DNA of 22,690 nucleotides from Amoeboaphelidium protococcarum X5 (Eukaryota > Fungi > Aphelidiomycota). Position 1 is the stretch's first letter. The number at the start of each line of letters is the position of its first letter. The notes under the pieces are model-generated. The model did no database searches. It saw only the letters and a list, made by a program, of their open reading frames with translations, and had not been told where the DNA came from. A program made the position numbers and the translations under genes. Where the stretch lies: positions 1 to 22,690 of the forward strand of contig JALDTO010000058.1 in the NCBI GenBank assembly GCA_023515725.1, written 5' to 3'. This document shows, piece after piece, positions 1-9,355 of the stretch.

Positions 1-242
1 GATCTAAGTGAAGACAAATTGGTCTTCATAGCTGCTCCTTAAATGCGCAATCAATACGTATCGCTCAAACTACTTTTGTTTATATCAACGTCCAGTCGTT
101 TCTAAAGTGTGGGAAAGTTTCGTCGCTCTTCAAACTGCTTGTCGCTCTTCTACCCACCAAGTTCGAACTATTGCTCTTAAGTACTAAGTTTGAATTTGTT
201 AAACTTGCATAAATTAACATTTCTATTCAAGAGGTTGAAGAT

Positions 243-2643
243 ATGACGGTGAAGGAACCGATTAGAAAGATTCTAATTGCCAATCGCGGCGAGATTGCAT
301 GCCGGATTGTAAAAACTTGCCGCAGCTTGGGTATATCAACTGTCGCTGTATACTCAGACACGTAAGTATCTCACTTAGTATTTACAGAATGTGCAATAAT
401 TCATCTATATATAATGTAGCGATGCCAGTTCTTTATTTGTTAAGTAGGCTGATGAAGCTGTGCACATTGGACCGTCGCAGAGTTCAGAGTCTTACCTGAG
501 AGGCCAAAAGATTATCCAAGTTGCTCTGGCTGTTGGAGCTCAAGCCATCCATCCCGGATTTGGATTCTTGTCGGAGAATGCGCAATTTGCTCAAGATTGC
601 ATCTCTGCTGGATTAATATTTATTGGTCCTCTTTCGGAGTCTATCAATGCTATAGGAGATAAGATTTCTGCTAAACAACTTCTCCAGTCTAAAGCACCTC
701 AAGTCCCGCTGATCCCCGGATATAATGGTGATGATCAATCGGTGGATACGCTGTTGAAAAATGCGATGGCTATTGGATTCCCTCTTCTTATCAAGGCGAG
801 CGCTGGAGGTGGCGGAAAAGGTATGAGAGTAGTGCGTTAGTTGTAAGGTGAGAGTTAGTAAGCACTTTCTAAGAGAGTCCAAGATGAGATTTAGAGCGCG
901 CGAGGTGAAGCTATGCGCTCGTTCGGAGATGACAAAGTTTTGTTGGAGAGATATTTTGATAATGTGAAGCATATTGAAGTTTAGATTATCGGTGATGAGT
1001 ATGGGAATGTATATCATTTGTTTGAGAGGGAATGCTCAGTGCAGAGACGTCACCAGAAGTTGGTCGAAGAGACTCCCTCACCGTTACTGACCGATTCTCT
1101 GAGAGCTAGAATTACCGGATCAGCCGTGGAAATTGGTGAATTGATCAAGTATAAAGGTGCTGGAACTGTAGAGTTCATCCTGGATGTGCAAACTAGTAAG
1201 TTTTATTTCCTGGAGGTGAACACTAGACTGCAGGTGGAGCATCCTATCACTGAGTCAATTACCGGTCTGGATATAGTTGAGCTTTAGATCTATGTGGCCA
1301 ATGGTGGAGATTTGTCCAAAAAGCGTCTCGATCAGGTGCAAATTAAAGGCCATGCTATTGAGGTTAGACTCTGCGCTGAAGATCCTAACAATAACTTTTA
1401 TCCTTGCACTGGAGATGTTCTCTTTTGGTAGCAATGTCCCACCAATACCAAGTCTGGATTTCCACGCTATGACTCTGGTGTGGTGAGTGGATCTTAGATA
1501 TCTGTGTATTATGATTCTATGATATCAAAGATTATCAGCTGGGGAGCGAGTAGACAAGATGCTCTCAATGGACTTCGATATGCTTTGCAGAACACTGTGT
1601 GTCTTGGACTCACAACGAATAAGTCTTTCCTCTTGTAGGCATTGGATGTCTCAGTATTCAAAGATGGATCATACACCACCCGCATGATTGAAGATATGTA
1701 GTTGTAAGGTGTCCAGCTGGGATTCAGGTATGACTCTTTGCGCGAGGTGGTACTGCCCAATGTGAAAACCCTTTCGCTGTAAGATTACCCCACTTTGGAT
1801 CTTTTGAATCAGAGTCCACACTAGACTGCATCATACGCTACCTCTGGCGATTATCCTGTTAAGTGTGATTTGACTTTGATTCAAGAGATAACGCTAGCTT
1901 CATGTGCGCAGACTATCATGTCGTAGTAATTGTCCAGAAAGAGCTGGAATTGTGCTCCTCTGGGATGGAGACTTGTGCGCTGGCGCCCGTTTAGAGAGAC
2001 TTTTGATTTGCAAATCGACCTACCTGACAAGCAGTTAATCAGCATAGAATATGTGAGTCTTGATGATTTATACCGTCCTGTAAATATGTCGTGTTTGAAC
2101 TTTGCTATGAGATTTGTCAAAGTTGTCAATGGTGGTACTTTGTAGTCGCGTGTGGATAAGGTGGTAAAGTATGGACCCTGGATATCTGTGTCAATGCAGG
2201 ATATGTGCCAAATAAGTGACCATATAGGGAAAGCTGTTAGTTACAAATTTACTCTCTAGATTGCCGATTATAAGCAGGAGTATATTTGTGCACGTCCAAG
2301 TAATAGCGTTGATCAGGCGTTTAGTACCTCTCATTAGTAGACAATGTATCTGCATAATCAGAAATGGCCTCGACAATTTGCTGTAAAGAGAGTCGATCCA
2401 AGAAGAAGTGCCGCAGCTGAATCTCAAGATGCTCTGTCTGCATACACTGCCTCTATGCCGTGCAGAATTTTGAAAGTGATCGTGCAAGATGGCAGTAAAG
2501 TAAAGATTGGAGATGCCCTGCTCACTATGGAGAGTATGAAGATGGAAATCAAGATCCTGGCTAAACACAACGGCACCGTAAAATTTAATGTCACGGAGGG
2601 ACAGGTGGTTGAGGCAAATACGATAATGCTTGAGATTAAATGA
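243..2643 (+). CDS. Biotin-dependent acyl-CoA carboxylase alpha subunit (biotin carboxylase + biotinyl domain; methylcrotonyl/propionyl/geranyl-CoA carboxylase-like), ~780 aa; exons 243-361, 420-2643
   Basis: [50 protein letters not shown][TAG=Q][32 protein letters not shown] and the C-terminal biotin-attachment motif ESMKME. The supplied ORFs at 460, 1018, 1930 and 2344 share one frame and join once TAA/TAG are read as Gln. Ends in TGA. Confidence 0.93.
362..419 (+). other. Spliceosomal intron, 58 nt (GTAAGT...TGTAG)
   Basis: Removing it restores the conserved [25 protein letters not shown] and fixes a frameshift. Confidence 0.92.
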
Positions 2644-2770
2644 TATGTTCTCTTTATAATCTATGAATTAATGTAATTTACCATAATCATCATTTTTAAT
2701 TTACATAGTCACTGTCATCATCTCATTAGTGCCTACACCCTACTTTAAAAACCATCAACAGGATGTGATA

Positions 2771-3139
2771 TCAGTATGGTCTATCGACGCGCTTTTGAAC
2801 ATAACCACCATTGTCCTCCTCCTCTGATGATGATGATAGCAGATTTTTGAACTCCTTCTATACTTCCAATAATTTATCTTCCGATTCTAGTTCTCTCTCC
2901 TCCTTCTTAGTCAACTACATAATCTTATGATAATGATTCTCGTGGTGTTATATCCAAAGCTCTGTACATATTACCATTCGATGACGCGTGTCACTTTAGT
3001 CATACCGAATCTGGGTGAAGAATGTGAGTCCCGCGGTTCCCAATATCATAAATAATAGAAAAGGTGCACCATATCCTAATGCTGGATTTCTCCTAGCTTT
3101 AGCTTATAATCTATTGAATACTTGTCCAATTCTATTCAT
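2771..3139 (-). CDS. COX16: Cytochrome c oxidase assembly protein COX16, ~102 aa; exons 3139-2975, 2914-2771
   Basis: MNRIGQVFNRLQAKARRNPALGYGAPFLLFMILGTAGLTFFTQIRYDQSDTRHRM/LTKKEERELESEDKLLEVQKEFKNLL...YVQKRVDRPY*. One TM segment, the G.PF...F..IRY pattern and the C-terminal QKRV.R are typical of Cox16. Missed by the standard-code ORF track. Confidence 0.85.
2915..2974 (-). other. Probable spliceosomal intron, 60 nt (GTAATA...TGTAG), in frame and stop-free
   Basis: GT..AG boundaries; removal gives the Cox16-like junction RHRM-LTKKEE. The frame does not force it, because its length is 3n. Confidence 0.7.
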
Positions 3140-3268
3140 TTATTGTCGTTGTTACTATCACTAGCGATTCTTTAAATTTTTTAACGCGATCATTAAAAAA
3201 CATCTCAAAAATCAAGACTTTAATCTTATCAATCCGTCTGCTGAGTGTTAGAAAATTATAATAAAAGT
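3140..3268. promoter_or_regulatory. Probable bidirectional promoter between divergent COX16 and eIF4E (129 bp between start codons)
   Basis: Head-to-head ATGs at 3139 (-) and 3269 (+), with an AT-rich core TTTAAATTTTTT. Function is inferred from geometry only. Confidence 0.55.
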
Positions 3269-3862
3269 ATGACAGTGTAGCATCAGTTATAGCACAGTTG
3301 GACCTTGTATGTGGACGCGCTGTAGAGTAAAAAGACTACTTCTAGTAATTGGGCAGCTAATTTGAAGCAGATCGCCGTGATCAATAGCGTGGAAGAGTTT
3401 TGGAAGGTGTACAATAACATTAGCGAGGCATCAGAATTGCACCATGGCATGAATTATCGTTTATTCAAGACTGGCATTAAACCAGAGTGGGAGGATGAAA
3501 AGAATAAGAATGGCGGCGTGTGGACCTTGTATCTGAAAGGAGATCTAAAGGATAAGGTGGACACTTTATGGTTATACACAATGATGTTGTGCATTGGTGA
3601 GCAATTTGATGACATGAACAACAATGGCGGCGACAATGGCGCAACGGCAAGTGATGACATTGCTGGCTGTGTGGTGTCCATTCGAAAATAGGGTGATAGA
3701 ATAGCTCTCTGGACAATGACGGCGAGTGATGAGCAAAAGTAGATGACTATTGCGCGTAAACTAAAAGCAGTACTTGACATTCCTGATAAGGTGGATATTG
3801 CATACACGGTGCACAAAGACGTGTTATCGCGCGGTAAATCATCTGATAGATATAAATGTTGA
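3269..3862 (+). CDS. eIF4E: Eukaryotic translation initiation factor 4E (cap-binding protein), 197 aa
   Basis: HQLQHSWTLY...NWAANLKQIAVINSVEEFWKVYNNI, YRLFKTGIKPEWEDEKNKNGGVW, LWLYTMMLCIGEQF, GCVVSIRK[TAG=Q]GDRIALWT. Single exon ending in TGA. Confidence 0.93.
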
Positions 3863-4576
3863 TTTTAGTACATACAATACAGTGCATAGATGATTATATT
3901 GAGAACTTTTTTCATGTTTGTTTTGACCCGAAGCATAACTAGATGCATTCACTTGAAATCTTGTGAAATCTTTGCAGTGAAATGTTACAAGTGGGGAGAT
4001 GGTCAGTTTGATAAGCGCATGTGTAGCAAAGTTCTTACCATGTCACTTCTTTACGTAAAAATTCTTTAAGGCTAATGTTTGTTACATTTGCATTACAGAG
4101 TATATTGGCACAGTCCTTGTTCAATTACAACTTGATTATATCAGAGGGAATATAAGCGTCATTGTCACGAGAGTTTCAAACGACTTCCATAATGTGACGT
4201 TACATTTAGATCCACTCAGGCGAAGTTGATTTGTCTGCGCGGAAGATAAAGAATGTCCGTATATTGTGAACGTTCTATTATTTTTGTGACATACTCTATG
4301 CAAATAATAATTCAGAATGATAATTGGAAAAGTAAAGAATATCTGCCGAGTGGTTACATAGCTTCAGTGTAAAAGTCTAAAACTGTGTTGCGAGGAGATT
4401 GATACATGGCTCTGTGTAAAGTCAGCGATCGATCGATGGAAGCGCGCGCCTTCTCTAAGAGCTCCTTTCCATTACGCAGCGAAGAGCGGCGACGACGAGT
4501 GTTGAAATTTGTGTTTTATACCTTTTTAGTATTCCACATCGTATTTAGTGCTATTTATCGCTGTTTATTTTAAGAT

Positions 4577-5962
4577 ATGGTTATTGCTTCATCGTAAAAA
4601 GACACTGCGGAGATGTAAACTAACTAAAACAGAGTGGTAAGATCTTCTGCCAGTAATACCAGTCTGAGTGAATTACACTAGAGAGCTATATCTGGCGCAT
4701 CGCTCAAGACTGCCCATCCAAAGCACTTGCGCCCGTTTAATACCAAGGAGATTAAAGTTTTACTATTGGAGAATATTAGTCAGCTGGCAGTCAATGCTTT
4801 CAAGCGCGAAGGATATCAGTTGGAATTTCATACTAAAGCCTTGCCTGAAGACATTCTGAAGCAGAAGATTGCTGACGTCCATGTCATCGGAATTAGAAGC
4901 AAGACCCAGCTGACTGCGGATGTGCTGAGCTATGCCAAGAACTTGATGGTTATTGGTTGTTTCTGTATCGGTACCAACTAGGTGGACTTGAATTATGCAT
5001 CCGAGCGTGGAATTGCCACATTTAACAGCCCATTCAGTAATAGTCGCTCAGTGGCTGAAATGACTATCAGCAATATTATCGCACTTGCGCGATAGCTTGG
5101 TGATAGAAATAATGAAATGCACAGAGGTGTGTGGAATAAGGTGTCTGCTGGTTGTTATGAAGTTCGCGGTAAGAAGCTGGGCATTATTGGGTACGGTCAT
5201 ATTGGTAGTCAGTTGAGTGTTCTCGCCGAGTCTATGGGAATGAATGTTCAGTTTTATGATATCTTGTAGATTATGCCTATTGGTTGTGCTACATCGATGG
5301 ATACGCTGGATCAGTTGTTGGAGTCTTCAGACTTTATTACACTGCATGTTCCCGCAACTCCGGAGACGGCAAACATGATAACTGACAGGGAGTTGCGCAA
5401 GATGAGGAAGGGTGCTTATTTGATCAATGCCAGTCGTGGAAATGTTGTCGATGTTGATGCTCTGGCCGCCGCATTGAAAGATGGTCATATCGGTGGTTGT
5501 GCTATTGATGTTTATCCATCTGAGCCGGCTTCTAATTGCAAGGACTTTGTCTCTGTGCTGCAAAATTGTCCCAATACTCTACTCAGTCCTCACATTGGTG
5601 GCTCCACTGAGGAGGCTCAAGAAGCTATTGGATAGGAAGTGTCCACTTATCTCATGAAGTACATTGGCACTGGAGGATCATTGGGTGCCGTCAACTTCCC
5701 AGAGTGTGATTTGAGAATGTTGAATGCTGATGAGAAGATGATTCGCGTCTGCTTTGTGCATCAGAATGTTCCTGGTGTATTGCAGCAGATCAACAAGATT
5801 TTGGGAAGATTCAACATTGCAAAATAGATTTCCGATTCCAAGGGTGATGTCGCTTACCTGATGGCAGATGTCGAAGTTAACGAAGTTTTCGATGACTTGA
5901 AAGATATCTATGACTCTATCACTGCGATTGATTAGAACATTCTCACCAGATTGCTGCACTGA
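4577..5962 (+). CDS. SER3: D-3-phosphoglycerate dehydrogenase (fungal SER3/SER33, SerA type with C-terminal ACT domain), 461 aa
   Basis: KVLLLENI, IGIRSKTQLT, GCFCIGTN[TAG=Q]VDL, FNSPFSNSRSVAE, GIIGYGHIGSQLSVLAE, LINASRG, PHIGGSTEEAQ, VHQNVPGVL, TRLLH*. Single frame, TGA stop. Confidence 0.96.
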
Positions 5963-6288
5963 TCATGTATTTATTATTGCGCTGATTTGGCTTTGATATG
6001 TTATATAATTGCAAGTATTTATCACTTTTGAGCGTATGATTGAGATAACAGGAGCCTATTGTATTTAACGATAATAAACGGGTATATTTGTAACGATGGA
6101 TGTTTTTTGAATTTTAATCTTCGTCAACTTGGTCGGTAATCAAGACTTCTCGGAGTTACGATGCATCTAGATCTTAACCATATTCTCAGTCTTTATCAAG
6201 CTATCAATAAATACTCTATAAAAACTTGGTAATGATACAAAAACATCTATTTCTCTCTTTTTTATCATCATTATCTTAATCATCTTTA

Positions 6289-7492
6289 TCAACAATTTTA
6301 CGCCAAATTTACAAAAGCTCTCCCGTCAGATCCGACATGAAAAGTCATATTAACCACTTCAGTAGCTGATGAAATGCATTTCACACTCTAATATCTAAAA
6401 CTGTCCGCCAGGACAAAAGGCTTGGAAGTGCAAACAACTATAGCATCATTCTGTGCTTTGTGATATGTTATAACATTAGATAGAAAGGTCAACTTACACA
6501 TCTCCTATTCCTAAGAGAGAGCAATATCCAGGGCATCAATAGAGTCATGCTTCATCTCAGGTGATGACGTACTTGGGAGATGAGAGTTGCTGCTATTATT
6601 ACTTCCAATACCACAACTCTATCCCATCGCATAACTACTAAATCCAAGGTTCAGACCAGCTTTACCGAGCAGTGCAAATGGGACCAAGCGAGACCAGCCA
6701 TCTTAGTCGGTGCTTCCACTTTGTAACATGTACCAAGACCCAATAAATGGGTGACGACGTTTAATTTCCTTGACAATGTCGTCACATGAGAGCCGGCTCA
6801 TCAGGTGATGTCTAGCAGCAGAATCGTGGTACTTGAGTCGAAGTGAGATGGCATGCAATACTTCTTCAACCACCACGGACACTGTGCGCTATATCAAACT
6901 CTCTTGCGTCATTATGACAGGCGGTGGTATACTTAAAGCTTTGGCTTTAATGTTTCTCAGGGGAGATCGCTGAACTTTGGCCTTTCTGACAGCACCTCCA
7001 GCAGCAGCAGCAGCAGTGGTCGTAGATGAGTTCTACTTTTATCTGGTAATCGATGACTTGGATGACTATGTAACAGGAGCAGGAACGTTAAATAATTGAG
7101 GTGCAGTGGACTCTGGCGGTGCGGACTACCGGTACTATTGGTGGTGATGATGATGATGATGATGACTCTAAACTTTGGGTGCAATCTACATTTTGACAGA
7201 TATCACTTAATTAAGAAATGAAAGAATTCAAACTTACAATCACTTGCTTCTTCACCACAAACTTGGGCAACTAATCAAACTTTCTATTCTAGTGATGATG
7301 TTGATGTTGATGCTAGTGATGAAGCGATGAATCAATCACCTACTAAATCTGCGGCAGCTATACCCCATTCATCCTGGACTACTGGGCGGATGACGATCCA
7401 GGGACGACAGGCGGCAAGTTTATCATCATCGCTGGAACACTTGAAACGACAGGAACGACACCGTCGATAACAGATTTTTGCTGAATCATCAT
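6289..7492 (-). CDS. Hypothetical protein, ~383 aa, low-complexity His/Gln/Ser/Ala-rich N-half and globular-looking C-half; exons 7492-7238, 7185-6289
   Basis: About 300 TGA-free codons from 7185 to 6289, plus an upstream exon joined by a GTAAGT...TGTAG intron. Contains HHQHQHQHHHQ, H8 and A5 tracts. No family recognised with certainty; start codon uncertain. Confidence 0.72.
7141..7164 (-). repeat. (CAT)6(CAC)2 trinucleotide repeat encoding poly-His8
   Basis: Seen directly as gtggtgatgatgatgatgatgatg on the + strand, in frame with the minus-strand CDS. Confidence 0.85.
7186..7237 (-). other. Spliceosomal intron, 52 nt (GTAAGT...TGTAG)
   Basis: Canonical donor, AT-rich body; removal joins two His/Gln-rich open frames. 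Confidence 0.75.
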
Positions 7493-8415
7493 TGCTACAG
7501 TCGATGTATTATATAACTCGGCTGATCTATTTTAATATATCTATAAGAATAAAATGGAGGTTCTAAATGTGTGCAGATTTATACTAGCGATAGTGTTTTG
7601 CTTGTAAAAAGAAGAAGAGAAGGAGTGAGTGTGTGCAAATTTGGTAAGTTTCCCATTCTCAGAGTGGGTGTCTGTGTGTGTACGCTCTCTCTGCTCATTG
7701 TTTGTTTGCTCCCGATCTTGTTTCTTTGGCTCACGCGACATTACACAACGGGGCCGGCCGTTTCACCGATCATCGTCACCGAAAGTCATGCCGAGGGAAC
7801 GGTTCTCGGTGCAGTGAAATACTCACTACATTCAGCCTTATTAATTAAACAATTCGGCTATTGCTGTTGCTTAGCATTGTATTCGTTGATCTGCATAATT
7901 TCTCCAACCTTATGAGGTCCCTATCAATAGATAGAAGCTTTCATTGTTTTCTCTCTCTCTCTTCTCTTATAAATCGATGAGTGATGATGCAAGAAGTATG
8001 ATCGATGCCAAAATCTTGCAGGTGTTGAGCCGAGATTTCAGTCAGACTGTGTCAACTCTACTCTGTAACAGTTTAAGCGGACAGCAACAGGGAGGAAGCG
8101 TCTGAGCATTGATTGCTTTGAAACAATCCGATAATTTCTTCCTCCTTACCATTTGTTGATCGTATGTTCTGGAGACGAGTAGCTCAAGATTAACAGGTAC
8201 TATGCGTACATTTACATTAGTCTTGCGTTTATTTGATTTTACGCAGTGTAATGAGCGAAGTTAATACTTGGTGTTGCCACCTGGTACGGTACAAAGTGAT
8301 GATCAATGAATTTTTTTAAATTTAAATTAAATTTAGACTCTTCTTCACTTTTTAACTTTGACGTAGAGTCGTACATCGTAATTGCAATCAAACTCGCATC
8401 AAGATATTAAGAAGC

Positions 8416-9138
8416 ATGCCTGTAGATGAAATAAAAGTTGATCACTTGGTGAATGTTGAACTGCAATAGTTGGGTGTTTAGTAGATAAAACCAACATCAT
8501 TGAAGGATGATGAGGAAACAGCAGTCGCTTAATCAGACTCCTAGTAGAAAAACAAATCAATTTTCGAGATATATTGGTAGAAAATATTGGCAAGGTATCC
8601 TCCACACGAGAAAGATGTCTTTTAGATTCCAATACGCCATCCATATCCCGAGAGTTGGGTCAATTTGCCATTTCTGATTGTTGGTGCTTTCGCCACTATT
8701 ACTGGCTTATTCTTCATTGTCTTCAACTCAAGTCCTGACGTCAAGATCTTACCTCAATCTGTGGGCGCGTCGGTCGTGTTGTTTTTCTGCGCGCCTAATA
8801 CCGCTCTGACTTAGCCGAAGAATGCCGTTGTCGGTCAGTTGATAGGCGCATTTTGTGGTATTGCTGCTCGTAATATGGTACCTTCAAATGATCTGAATTG
8901 GCTATCTGGCAGCATTGCCGTCACTCTCACTTGTATAATAACGTATCTCACAAACACGATTTATCCGCCTGCTGGTGCCACTGCTTTGAACGCGAGTACT
9001 CTTGCTGTTCTGCCTAGGTGGAGCGGCTTCTTTTACCTGTTTGTACCAGCTCTTCTTATGGAAATCTTCATGTTGATCATGTGTCTCCTCATCAATAATT
9101 TATCGCCACACCGCCATTACCCAAATTATTGGTTATGA
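8416..9138 (+). CDS. HPP-family integral membrane protein (family includes nitrite transporters), 240 aa
   Basis: SVGASVVLFFCAPNTALT[TAG=Q]PKNAVVGQLIGA, TNTIYPPAGATAL and C-terminal INNLSPHRHYPNYWL match the HPP family patterns GAS..L.F..P.SPLAQP.N, HPPAGATAL and NN...R.YP.YW. Confidence 0.88.
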
Positions 9139-9355
9139 ATGAATGCTTTACACTAGATATATATTGCCCGCCAGTAATTTTTAATCCTCTAACTTTCTTA
9201 TCACGAACTTTATCTCACCTCTTTTTAAAGGCAGATGATGGATCGAGCGAAGATATCTGATTTTTCTTTTCGCCGTTCGCTGAGCCGCTGTTAGGCATTC
9301 TTTTAATTTATAGTACGTAATAGTAGTAAACTAACTAACCTCTAGGCAACGTAAA

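Noticed and set aside
1-29. Possible start of a divergent minus-strand gene (ATG at 29, MKTNLSSLR...)
   Set aside because: Only 9 codons are visible; cannot be supported from this window.
6451-6497. GTAAGT...CACAG candidate intron in the orphan gene (minus strand)
   Set aside because: The frame reads through without it, and splicing it (47 nt) would shift the frame into an immediate TGA.
7541-7915. ORFs 7571-7915 +, 7629-7817 + and 7541-7741 - in the long spacer
   Set aside because: Mostly non-ATG starts, composition driven by GA/GT/CT simple repeats; more consistent with promoter or 5' UTR sequence.
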